Under the pieces are notes generated by a model. The model was given only the letters and a program-made list of their open reading frames with translations. It ran no database searches and was not told the DNA's origin. The position numbers and the translations under genes were made by a program. Below are positions 10,265 through 19,517 of a stretch of DNA of 64,000 nt, in pieces (positions within the stretch are counted from its first letter, which is position 1; every line of letters starts with the position of its first letter). The DNA lies in the IMG/VR virus record IMGVR_UViG_3300030329_003954, positions 27,107 through 91,106 of that record; one strand, written 5' to 3'. The DNA is from a virus.

Positions 10265-12307
10265 ATGGCAATTCCAACCAGTCCATCCGTTGTAGTTCTT
10301 GAAAATGATATTTCGATTTTCACCCCGAATATCAACTCAAGCGTTGTAGGCATAGTCGGCTTCGCTAACAAAGGTCCGATCAATAAGCCCACTCTTATTA
10401 CGAGCCAAGAGAATCTCATTAGAAAGTTTGGTAAACCAGACACAACCCTTTTGGGCCAAGGGCTTGAAGGCGCTCTTGAAGTGTTAGAAGCTACTAATCA
10501 ATTGTACTTTGTTAGAGGTATTGATACTGATTCTGCTTCCTCTTATGCCTCAGCCGCTATTACTGTTGGTGCGTCTCCGGCAGTTTTAGTTAGTGGCTAT
10601 GTTCCCAGCGTCAACGCCTCCTCTATCCTGTATCAAACGAAGAGTAACGACGGCACAAAGAGTGCCCAGGGGGTTGTTACTCTCGTAAGCTCGACAGACA
10701 CAGTTGGAGACACCTCTGCGGTTACCCGTGCAAAGATTTTTGAAAAAGCATTTGACCCTGGCATTGTTGGGAATCAGGATGTCTTTGCATTTGTTGATGG
10801 CAATGATGTTTTCTTGGGTTCCCGATTCGCAGGTTCCGGTGCAACTCTTCAATTATCGGCTAACTACCTCGATGGACACGATCAAGAACCTTTAGGTTTC
10901 TCAGGTCTTAATATCATGGGGGTTGCCGATGAAGGCTTCTTACCAGATAATTATGGTGTTAGTGGTAACAATGTGACGGTCAGCGGCTACAGTTCTTCTG
11001 ACGTTGCTCTCAATGCATACTCAATCTACCCTGGCATGGGTTACAACTTTAGTAGCCTTAGGGATGGCTCAACACAAGGAATTTCAATTGAGCTTAACAA
11101 CGTCTCGGTTAGGGATCAGTTGGTGATTAATGACAGCGGCTCTCAAGTTGAATCCTACAATGCGATTGAGCTTGCTGCTTCAAGTGCCAATTCTGTTGAG
11201 TTCTTACTTAATGTTGATGAAGACAATAATGAGTCGGAATACGTGTTTGTGGAGCTTGAGAAAGACACAAGTGATTATGAGGCTCCTTCCTCATTCGGCG
11301 TGACAGCAGCGGCGGGTGGCTTCATAGGTGGTTCAGCCTTGGATAACAGGCCAGACGCTACACCTAGATTCTTGAAACTTGTTGATGGCGACTACAGATT
11401 TATTGACGGGGATAGTGGTGCTACTAATGCAACGTCCTTAATTGGAACGGCTGCAAAGAAAACTGGAATCTATGCTCTCGATGATGATTCTTTAAACATC
11501 TCGATTGGTATTGTTCCTGGTGTTACCGATGATGCTGTTCAAAATGCCTTTATTACTTTGGCTGAGTCTTCCAAAAACTTCTTAGCCTTAGTTGCTCCGC
11601 CGTTTGGGTTGGATGAGGTTCAAGATGCGATTCAATGGATCAACGGTCAAGACGCTGCAACCAGAGCAACTGCACTGAACTCCTCTTACGCTGCCGTTTA
11701 CTGGCCGTGGGTTCAGATCTTCAACGCCTTTGCGGGTGCAGAAGAATACTATGATCCGTCGATCTTTGCTGCTAGACAGTGCGTCTTCACAGATGCTGTC
11801 TCGGAGCCTTGGTTTGCTCCGGCTGGTTTCCGAAGAGGGCGTTTAACTAAGCCTACGGACGTTGAGATCGCTCTTAACCAAGGCGATAGAGATGCCCTTT
11901 ACTCTAACTCGATCAACCCGATCACTAAGGATCCAACCACGGGTATTACAATCTTTGGTCAGAAGACCACGCAAAGAGCACCAACTGCTCTTGACCGAGT
12001 CAACGTCCGCAGATTGATGATCTATACTCGTAAGGTTCTGCTTGAGCTTGGTAAGCCCTTCCAGTTTGAGCCTAACGATCAATTCACATGGGAACTGGTC
12101 GAGGAGTCGATCAACCCGTTCCTCGACGACCTTCTGGCTAGAAGAGCCATCGTTGAAGGTTCTGTTAAGTGCGACTCGACAACGAACACTCCCGCAAGAG
12201 TTGATAGAAATGAGCTTTGGTGCTCGGTGACAATCAAGCCTACGAAGGCTGCTGAAACGATTGTCTTCGAGGTCAACCTCACTAGCCAATCGGCAACCAT
12301 TAACTAG
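10265..12307 (+). CDS. gp18: Tail sheath protein (gp18-like)
   Basis: SPSVVVLEND, GFANKGP, YWPW, PWFAPAG, FGQKT, DRVNVRRL, FEPND. Confidence 0.96.
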   Translation: MAIPTSPSVVVLENDISIFTPNINSSVVGIVGFANKGPINKPTLITSQENLIRKFGKPDTTLLGQGLEGALEVLEATNQLYFVRGIDTDSASSYASAAITVGASPAVLVSGYVPSVNASSILYQTKSNDGTKSAQGVVTLVSSTDTVGDTSAVTRAKIFEKAFDPGIVGNQDVFAFVDGNDVFLGSRFAGSGATLQLSANYLDGHDQEPLGFSGLNIMGVADEGFLPDNYGVSGNNVTVSGYSSSDVALNAYSIYPGMGYNFSSLRDGSTQGISIELNNVSVRDQLVINDSGSQVESYNAIELAASSANSVEFLLNVDEDNNESEYVFVELEKDTSDYEAPSSFGVTAAAGGFIGGSALDNRPDATPRFLKLVDGDYRFIDGDSGATNATSLIGTAAKKTGIYALDDDSLNISIGIVPGVTDDAVQNAFITLAESSKNFLALVAPPFGLDEVQDAIQWINGQDAATRATALNSSYAAVYWPWVQIFNAFAGAEEYYDPSIFAARQCVFTDAVSEPWFAPAGFRRGRLTKPTDVEIALNQGDRDALYSNSINPITKDPTTGITIFGQKTTQRAPTALDRVNVRRLMIYTRKVLLELGKPFQFEPNDQFTWELVEESINPFLDDLLARRAIVEGSVKCDSTTNTPARVDRNELWCSVTIKPTKAAETIVFEVNLTSQSATIN

Positions 12308-12315
12308 TAATAATC

Positions 12316-12903
12316 ATGGTAGATAGTTTTTTAAAGAACGACTACAGAGCGAACTTTGAGCCTGGGAAGAGCCTTCCTAAGATCTCCACGAAGCTCGACG
12401 CTGTAAGATCGTATCAGTTTGAAGTGAAGTTCTTTGGTGTTCCGCCTGAGTTCATCGGTACCCAACAAGTTTTAACTGCTGCTGCGAAGCAAGTCAGTCC
12501 GGTTGGTGGTGCGGTTGATGACATCGTTGTTGATCGTCTTAATGATAAGATGTACTACCCTGGTAAGTTCACGCCTGAGGCTGTCACGATCACCTTTGAT
12601 AATCAGTTATTGACTCAAACCACTCCTGCTCTTTGGAATTGGTTTAAGACAATCTATGATCCGATTTCGGGTGACATGACCAAGCTGGCTGCTCCTGGTG
12701 GTCCTGGGAACAGATCATTCAAGGCTAACAAACTTACTATTCTTGAGCTTGATAACACTAACGAGCCACATGCCTTCATCGAAATGTATGGTGTGTATCC
12801 CACAGGTGTTAGATACTCGGAGAAGAACTACGCCACGAATGATTTCTCCACTGTCGAAGTGACCTTCCGCTACGACTTCGTGGACTACGACAAGATCAAC
12901 TAA
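12316..12903 (+). CDS. gp19: Tail tube protein (gp19-like)
   Basis: Follows sheath; YPGK, GVYP, VTFRYD. Confidence 0.88.
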   Translation: MVDSFLKNDYRANFEPGKSLPKISTKLDAVRSYQFEVKFFGVPPEFIGTQQVLTAAAKQVSPVGGAVDDIVVDRLNDKMYYPGKFTPEAVTITFDNQLLTQTTPALWNWFKTIYDPISGDMTKLAAPGGPGNRSFKANKLTILELDNTNEPHAFIEMYGVYPTGVRYSEKNYATNDFSTVEVTFRYDFVDYDKIN

Positions 12904-12923
12904 CCTCTTAGATCTAATTCGGG

Positions 12924-12957
12924 TAGCCTTCTCCCTAAATAAGGGAGAGGGCTATTT
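12924..12957 (+). terminator. Stem-loop terminator
   Basis: TAGCCTTCTCCCT-AAATA-AGGGAGAGGGCTA. Confidence 0.65.
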
Positions 12958-12971
12958 GTCTATTATAAGTT

Positions 12972-15329
12972 ATGGATAAAAGAGATTTACTAAAAAGGTT
13001 TAGCAAAGTTCACAACAAAAAATTAAGATTGTTGGAACAACAGGATGACCCTCGCATTCAACAGGCTGAGGGTCTTCTCGCAAACATACAATTCTCTCAG
13101 GATCCTACATCGCCCTACTTAAATGTGGGGCAAACCCTAGACGGTAAAACAGTAAAGTACAATCCAAAAAGCGGAAAATTGACAGGGGCAAATAGCTTTC
13201 AAAGGGCTACTTATCTTAATGGGAGGTTAAGTCCCCCAGAGGGTAAAAATCCTGAGGATGCTTTCAATAAAATGATAGGCTACCTTGTTGATGAGGCAAG
13301 CCCTGAAGCAGATCAACCTGTTATTGACCCTGTCTTAGATGAAAAGTTAACTGAATTAGGTGTAGACATAAAAGATCCTGAGTTAGTTCAACCCCTTATA
13401 ACTTTGCTGGATAAAGCAAAGGCTAGCAACGTTGGTCGTGATGGCGGTAAAAACGCTAGAAATCTTGTGAGATCTTTAGTGGCTGATTATCCAGTTGTGG
13501 TAAAAGAAGGGGAATTCTACAGAGTCGAGCCGAGAGAGTCTAGTGTGGAAAGAGCTTTTAATTTAGCTGAGGCTCTCAACGGTATAGGATCCGAAGGTTA
13601 CTGCGAAAGGTTTCAACGCACTGACAAGGGTGACATGGTAGTGTATACTGACTCTGGTGAAGGGCAAGAAGGGACTGTCTTCAGTAAAGGTAAAGCCAGA
13701 GCAATAGCTAACATGATCAGTGATTGCGATGACATTAAGGAGATCAATATAATACAGGAAGCCGCCGAAAGCTTGGGAGGCGAAAGTAATATACGAGGTA
13801 ATACTTTAGAGTATCCCCCAGACTTATTCGCATTAAGTAGAACCTACTTCAAGAATAGAGAATCGCTTACTGAGGAACAACGTAAGAGATCTGAGAAGTT
13901 AATTAAAGACGTAGCACTTAAAATTGAAACAGGGATTAGATCCTTAATCGAAAATCGCGAAACATGGTTAAGGACAGCTAGAGATGCTGCCATCCCACTA
14001 GAGAGCCAAGCTGAGTTTGATAAACTGATGAGTTTGTTGGAAGACAATGGTAGGAATATTCAGGCTTCATTTCATGTGGCTTCCTTATCCAATAAAGAAA
14101 GGCTACCTGATTTATCGGTCAGATCTGGAGAAGTTACTAAAAAAGGTAGGAAGCAAGACTCAGTAGAGATTTGGTATGAGGAGGGTGCAGCTAAAAAAGC
14201 TTTAGATCAGGAGAAGCTAGAAGCTGTTGATGCTAAAGATCTATTCGATAGCCTCAACAAAACAGATTACTACAATGAGTTAGTTGATGCTGGTTACTTA
14301 AAGCCAGGGCAGCAAGTGTATGTGGGTGAGATTAGTTACAAAAACTATATCGCAAATGCTAACACAATTATGGGGAGCTTTTCAGATAATAACACTGGGG
14401 ATTTTATGAGCGGTAACGCTAAAGACAACCCCGTATGGAAAACTTTCACAAAAGAAATAAGTTCGAAGACGATGGCTCAATATCGAGGTGAGTTTGATGC
14501 TATTCACAAAGAGCAGATGCAGATTAGGAAAGAGATTAACTCATTATCGAATAACATAGAGACAGAAGTAAACGGGAAAAAGGTGACAGTTAAAGCTTTA
14601 AACGAGATTATCAAGACCACACTGAACAACATACAGAAGAACTCTACGTTCACAGACACGCAACGAAACCAATTATTCAATAAACTAAGTAAACAAGCTA
14701 CGGCATACAAGAATTCTAAAACTAATAAAGAAAGAAAAAAGATAGAATCTCAAATGAAATCCGCTCTTCTCATGCCTGCGTTAATGAGTAATCTAAAGGA
14801 AAGAGGTCCGCACAATAAGGCTGTGCAGATTTATGCATTAGGCTTAAACTATGCTGCGGGGGCCTCATATAGTAACAACACTGTGTTGCAGACAAACATG
14901 CTCAACGAAGGTATTAGCTACACTACTACTCAGAACAAAGCTTATCAAGAGATTGCAAAGTCTATTAGGCTCAACAATGATTCATGGGATTTAAATATCA
15001 CTCAGAGTGGGTTATCCTTTACTAGGGCGGGTAATAAAAAATCTTCAATCTCTCTAGCGATGACAAGAGGAAACCTACAGTCTAAAAAATCTGACACACT
15101 GACGAGAGAGGGTAAGAAGATAAGATTCCTTGGTGCGGGTGGTGAGAGACGAACTGTTTCAAAAAAACCTAACCCATTAGGAGCAGCAGATACTTCTAAT
15201 CCTGATAGGTTAGCTCCTTATGATAAATTGATCACACCAAGAGAAAGCTTGATGTGGGATGCATTGAACAAACTTCATGAAGCTTTAGGCGTCATCAAGG
15301 AAAAAGTAAGAATCATCAATGTTGACTAG
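12972..15329 (+). CDS. 785-aa hypothetical protein, possible internal protein with PD-(D/E)xK-like motif
   Basis: Long ORF; N-terminal LLE site; KQD...EISYK. Confidence 0.5.
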   Translation: MDKRDLLKRFSKVHNKKLRLLEQQDDPRIQQAEGLLANIQFSQDPTSPYLNVGQTLDGKTVKYNPKSGKLTGANSFQRATYLNGRLSPPEGKNPEDAFNKMIGYLVDEASPEADQPVIDPVLDEKLTELGVDIKDPELVQPLITLLDKAKASNVGRDGGKNARNLVRSLVADYPVVVKEGEFYRVEPRESSVERAFNLAEALNGIGSEGYCERFQRTDKGDMVVYTDSGEGQEGTVFSKGKARAIANMISDCDDIKEINIIQEAAESLGGESNIRGNTLEYPPDLFALSRTYFKNRESLTEEQRKRSEKLIKDVALKIETGIRSLIENRETWLRTARDAAIPLESQAEFDKLMSLLEDNGRNIQASFHVASLSNKERLPDLSVRSGEVTKKGRKQDSVEIWYEEGAAKKALDQEKLEAVDAKDLFDSLNKTDYYNELVDAGYLKPGQQVYVGEISYKNYIANANTIMGSFSDNNTGDFMSGNAKDNPVWKTFTKEISSKTMAQYRGEFDAIHKEQMQIRKEINSLSNNIETEVNGKKVTVKALNEIIKTTLNNIQKNSTFTDTQRNQLFNKLSKQATAYKNSKTNKERKKIESQMKSALLMPALMSNLKERGPHNKAVQIYALGLNYAAGASYSNNTVLQTNMLNEGISYTTTQNKAYQEIAKSIRLNNDSWDLNITQSGLSFTRAGNKKSSISLAMTRGNLQSKKSDTLTREGKKIRFLGAGGERRTVSKKPNPLGAADTSNPDRLAPYDKLITPRESLMWDALNKLHEALGVIKEKVRIINVD

Positions 15330-15806
15330 ATCACTAAGTCTAAACATTGCAACTTTAACATCACCAACAGAACCCACAAAGCTTGGACCCTTAACTGGCA
15401 GGCTTAACTCGTTGGTTATAGCTATTGGCTCCTTTCGATTCTGACCAATAAGCAACAAAAACTTTCTTGAAGATTTCTTGGAATCTCGATGAGATTGAGC
15501 TATCATCTTTGAAATTGTTGATTTAGGATTTAATAAATCACTTACTTGTTCATCATTATATCCTTTCTTACATTCAATAATGAATCTAAACTTTTCAGGA
15601 GTTATTAAGTCTCCATATACTTTCAAGTATTCAGGCAACTTGTGAGTTGTAGCAAAGGCCCCAGATCCTGGGGTGCGACAGAACTCTTTTGTGTCAAATC
15701 TCTCGTTCAGAGTCTTAGCAATCTTGTTCTCGAACCTGTTACCTTTAGCTCTTGAGTTTACCTTTTTCTTTTTTCTTAATGGCGATACATCAAAATCGTC
15801 TTTCAT
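15285..15806 (-). CDS. Holliday junction resolvase (Hjc-like)
   Basis: NSRAKGNRFE, RTPGSGA, GDL, IECK. Confidence 0.85.
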   Translation of the reverse strand: MKDDFDVSPLRKKKKVNSRAKGNRFENKIAKTLNERFDTKEFCRTPGSGAFATTHKLPEYLKVYGDLITPEKFRFIIECKKGYNDEQVSDLLNPKSTISKMIAQSHRDSKKSSRKFLLLIGQNRKEPIAITNELSLPVKGPSFVGSVGDVKVAMFRLSDLVNIDDSYFFLDDA

Positions 15807-15834
15807 TTTAAAACCTCTAGACTATAATAGCTGC

Positions 15835-16197
15835 ATGGATAAAGTATCATTATCGTTTAAGGATACCAAATTTAAATTAGTTGAACGCAGTAGAGGACGT
15901 ATGAAAATTCAGATTAAGTTTTCCAAGGAAGAAGCCGAGGGCTTCAAGAACTTTTGTAAACTCAAGCCACCAGAACTTGAGGATGACACCTTTTATAAGC
16001 AAATCTTCTTTGCTGGTTGTAACGCAATGACTGAGCAGATTCAGTCGTTGGTTGAAGCTCATAAAGCCTCTCAGGAGGAAGGAGTGACTGAGGATGTAGC
16101 AGGGGTTGAACCTCTCAGTCCTGATGGAAAAGATCTTATTCAAGAAGACGATGGTCACCAAGATGAGCAAACAGAAGAACAACTTCAAGACAAATAG
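15835..16197 (+). CDS. Hypothetical protein with acidic tail
   Basis: TATAAT 6 nt before ATG 15835 (leaderless start preferred to 15673). Confidence 0.6.
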   Translation: MDKVSLSFKDTKFKLVERSRGRMKIQIKFSKEEAEGFKNFCKLKPPELEDDTFYKQIFFAGCNAMTEQIQSLVEAHKASQEEGVTEDVAGVEPLSPDGKDLIQEDDGHQDEQTEEQLQDK

Positions 16198-16534
16198 TAT
16201 CCAAAACTCGAAGCATTTGAGTTCTATTGTAACTTCAAATATTGAGAGTAAGCAAAACTCGTACTACCTTATCACCAACACATGGGATAAGGTTTGCAAT
16301 CATTTCAACGATAGGCTTCCGTCAGATGGCACTACGGATTTAAACGTTGTAGACATTTTTAATGTGCCTAATGCCCTGGACGTAATTAAGTCCGCGATTA
16401 AATCTCATAGAGAGACAATATCAACATCCTGTCTCTCGCGTTATGACCAACTACCCATGTTGGTTGTGATTCATAAGTCCTTCCCAAGAGTCGTATCTTA
16501 TAATGGCTCAGTTGGCGCAGAGATTGGAGTCTAG
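16163..16534 (+). CDS. Hypothetical protein, possibly degenerate thioredoxin fold
   Basis: TNTWDKVC in place of W-CxxC; LPMLVV. Confidence 0.4.
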   Translation: MSKQKNNFKTNSIQNSKHLSSIVTSNIESKQNSYYLITNTWDKVCNHFNDRLPSDGTTDLNVVDIFNVPNALDVIKSAIKSHRETISTSCLSRYDQLPMLVVIHKSFPRVVSYNGSVGAEIGV

Positions 16535-16884
16535 ATAGAGCTTGGATCCTTAGGAGTACCCATTTTATGGCTCCTATAGGATTCAAGTTTTTCGTTATAC
16601 TTCTTGTTCTTGGAGTATAGAAGGCGTAGGTTATTCAGTATTACTGTTGTGAAGTAATTGAAAGCCTGCCCAGATTCCCTGTTGAAGTTTTTGAGTACTT
16701 TAAGTATAAGTAGGAAGCATTCCTGTTTAGCTTCTTCATGATCAACATTAAACTTGAAAGACAACATGAGTCTATTGATTAATATGTCGAACATGTTGAA
16801 CAGTTCATCCTCGTTAGTTCGAATATCAAGTTTGAATTCTTGGATCAAATCCTCAAATCTTTTGTTGTCAATATAATAACTCAC
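16531..16884 (-). CDS. gp55: Late transcription sigma factor (gp55-like), short
   Basis: YIDNKRF, KNFN, AFNYFTTVI. Confidence 0.8.
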   Translation of the reverse strand: MSYYIDNKRFEDLIQEFKLDIRTNEDELFNMFDILINRLMLSFKFNVDHEEAKQECFLLILKVLKNFNRESGQAFNYFTTVILNNLRLLYSKNKKYNEKLESYRSHKMGTPKDPSSI

Positions 16885-16889
16885 TTACC

Positions 16890-16896
16890 TATCATA
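16890..16896. promoter_or_regulatory. Overlapping bidirectional -10 element
   Basis: TATCAT(+) 6 nt before ATG 16902; TATGAT(-) 6 nt before GTG 16884. Confidence 0.6.
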
Positions 16897-16901
16897 GTCT
16901 T

Positions 16902-17936
16902 ATGCCACAACTAAGTTTCCAGGGTGTCAACTCCAAGTGTGAGGGTTGCCCTGCGTTGAAGATGAATCTACCGACGCATACGATCTTGGACTATGAGTAC
17001 AAAAACACTCCAGTAGACATCCTCTTCATATCTGATTCAGCAAAGATGTTTGAAGGTGAGTTTACCGCCTTTCGACCGCAAGAGTACAGCATCATCCAGC
17101 GTGAGCTTGCCAGATTTTCAAAGGATTGGGATGTTGGCTATACAACCGCTGTAAAGTGTCCCAATATTACTTCTGAGAATCTCAGCACTGGTATAAAAAA
17201 ATCATGTAAGATTCACCTACATGATACAATCGATCACTACAAGCCTCGACTTGTCTTCGCTTGTGGAAAGGTCGCGACCACCCTTTTATATGGTAAAGCA
17301 AAGGAGGAGAGTAAGATTCGAGGCAAGGTTGATACCTTGGCAACGGAGACTGGGACAGAGTTCCAGGTTGTCCCAGTTATTCACCCGTTCCAAGTCGTGG
17401 CAGAGCCTAAGAACGCTTATCTTTTCAGGACCGACCTAGAGAATGCTCTAAATAACGAGCTATTAGGGAAGGCTACAGACGCTCAAGTGGACCATACTCT
17501 TGCTTTGAGCATAGGGGAATTGGACGAGGTAAGTGGTGATTTTATTGATACCAACATGGATCTTGCTGTGGATATTGAGACTACGGGTCTCAATTTTCTT
17601 GAGGATACAATTCACACAATCTCAATGACGCTTGTCAATCGCGATAGTGGTGAGCTTGGCAGAACCTTAGTATTACCCATTGATCATAAAGAAGCAAAGC
17701 TTGGTTATAAGGTGAAAGGTGCTTTTATGCGATTCATCTGTCAGGCTATGGCGAATAAAAATAACAGAAAGATATTGCAGAATGCGGGTTTCGACCTTAA
17801 GTTCTTGAAGAGGTATGGTGTCGAAGATGTGTATAATGTTTACGACACTAAACTCCTCCAACACCTATACAAAGAGGATGTTCCTAAGTCGCTTGCTGAT
17901 CTCGTGTACTACTACTTCCCAGAAGAAAAGTTCTAA
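16902..17936 (+). CDS. Split family A DNA polymerase part 1: UDG family 4-like domain plus 3'-5' exonuclease ExoI/ExoII
   Basis: CEGCP..AVKC..C and IHP (UDG-like); DIETTGL (ExoI); QNAGFDLKFL (ExoII); YDTKL. Confidence 0.85.
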   Translation: MPQLSFQGVNSKCEGCPALKMNLPTHTILDYEYKNTPVDILFISDSAKMFEGEFTAFRPQEYSIIQRELARFSKDWDVGYTTAVKCPNITSENLSTGIKKSCKIHLHDTIDHYKPRLVFACGKVATTLLYGKAKEESKIRGKVDTLATETGTEFQVVPVIHPFQVVAEPKNAYLFRTDLENALNNELLGKATDAQVDHTLALSIGELDEVSGDFIDTNMDLAVDIETTGLNFLEDTIHTISMTLVNRDSGELGRTLVLPIDHKEAKLGYKVKGAFMRFICQAMANKNNRKILQNAGFDLKFLKRYGVEDVYNVYDTKLLQHLYKEDVPKSLADLVYYYFPEEKF

Positions 17937-18460
17937 TGCTAACAGTTGAAGGTAAGAAGTTTGATTGGAAGAATATCCCATTGATTCAATGCGTTGAGGG
18001 TAATGCAAAGGATACCTATGCCACCGCAAAGGTGTATGTAAAACTACTCGAAGAGGTTCGTCAGAAGAAGTTAGAGCACCTATACGAGAAGTTAATCGCA
18101 CCTCTGACAGTTGCCTTTCGTGACATGGAGTTTGAAGGATTGCTTATCGATGAGGATAAGCTCAACGAGTTGGATCAGCAACTTCAAGACAAGCTCAAAC
18201 TGGCTGACATTGCTTTGCGAGACGCTGCTGGTTTGGAGGAGGACGCCAACCTTAATTCCACTAATCAGCTTGTGAAAATTATCTATTCATTTGAGAAGAA
18301 TGATGAAGGTGAATGGATTCAAGTTGACGACTTCGGTCTTGGACTGTATCCTTTCGAGTTTACTAAAAAGGGCGCACCTTCTACCAACGAAGAAACGTTG
18401 ACTAAGGTGAAAGCCATGGTTGAAGAAGAGTTCACAGCGAGAGGCTTGAAGGTTGAATAA
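17936..18460 (+). CDS. Split DNA polymerase part 2: ExoIII plus thumb
   Basis: NAKDTYAT (ExoIII), MEFEGLLID, NLNSTNQL, TKKGAPSTNEETL. Confidence 0.85.
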   Translation: MLTVEGKKFDWKNIPLIQCVEGNAKDTYATAKVYVKLLEEVRQKKLEHLYEKLIAPLTVAFRDMEFEGLLIDEDKLNELDQQLQDKLKLADIALRDAAGLEEDANLNSTNQLVKIIYSFEKNDEGEWIQVDDFGLGLYPFEFTKKGAPSTNEETLTKVKAMVEEEFTARGLKVE

Positions 18461-19517
18461 CGAAGAAGTAAGCATCGCCAAGGCAGTCCTGAACAACATG
18501 TCGAATGACCAGTTGAAGGCTGCTAAGAAGTTCTTTGATCGTTTCTCGGAGTATAAAAAGCTGACCAAGCTTCACTCTGTTTACATTGAAGGTGCTCGCA
18601 CCGCACTACAGAATACTGGTAACAGTAGAATGTATGTGAAGTATAACATCGATGGTACGGTTACAGGGCGAATCTCAAACTCTGGTGCCAACGTTGGTAG
18701 GAAGAAGACTGATAAAATTGGAGTGTCCTTCCACACTCTTCCTCGTGAGTCACTTGATGTAAATATTCGTGATTACGTGGTAGCCCCAGAGGGTCACGAC
18801 TTTATCACGATCGACATGAAAGCCATGGAGCTAAGAGTTCTCGCTCATGTTGCCAATGAGGAGAACATGATTCACGCCTTTAAATCTGGCGTGGACTTGC
18901 ACAGCTATTCTGCTGGATTGACGTTCAATAAGGACCCCAAAGATGTGAGTAAACTTGAACGACAGATCGCGAAAGAAGTGAGCTTCTTAACAGTGTATGG
19001 CGGAACTGCATACACTCTTGCTTCGAAGCGTAACATTCCAGAGGATCGCGCTGAGGAGATTATCAATAGTTGGCTAGCGGCTTTCCCAGGTGTAGGCCGA
19101 TACATGAACACTATCGACGAATACATTAAACAGTTTGGTTACGCTAAGACCATCTTCGGTCGTTATCGCCACCTCCCTAATGTCCGCTCACCATTCAAGG
19201 GCGTCCGTCGCGAGGCGTTCCGACAAGGTTTGAACTTTACAATTCAATCTGCCGCCAGCGATATCCTACTGTGCGGTATGCTTGGTGTGATTGAGAAGCT
19301 TAAGGGTATGAAGGCTAAAGTTGTAGCCACTGTTCACGACTCAATTGAACTCATAGCTCCTAAAGAAGAGACTAGGAGGGTCGTTGAAATTGTTAGCGAC
19401 GAGCTTGAAAACTACCACTATCTAAAAGACAACTTCAACATTCACTTGAAGGTACCGCTGGGTGTTGATGTTGAAGTTGGTTCTAGCTTTGGTAATGGTG
19501 TTGAGTATGAACTTTAA
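18453..19517 (+). CDS. Split DNA polymerase part 3: family A palm/fingers
   Basis: GTVTGRIS; motif A DMKAMELRVLAH; motif B RQIAKEVSFLTVYG; motif C VHDS. Confidence 0.92.
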   Translation: MNNEEVSIAKAVLNNMSNDQLKAAKKFFDRFSEYKKLTKLHSVYIEGARTALQNTGNSRMYVKYNIDGTVTGRISNSGANVGRKKTDKIGVSFHTLPRESLDVNIRDYVVAPEGHDFITIDMKAMELRVLAHVANEENMIHAFKSGVDLHSYSAGLTFNKDPKDVSKLERQIAKEVSFLTVYGGTAYTLASKRNIPEDRAEEIINSWLAAFPGVGRYMNTIDEYIKQFGYAKTIFGRYRHLPNVRSPFKGVRREAFRQGLNFTIQSAASDILLCGMLGVIEKLKGMKAKVVATVHDSIELIAPKEETRRVVEIVSDELENYHYLKDNFNIHLKVPLGVDVEVGSSFGNGVEYEL

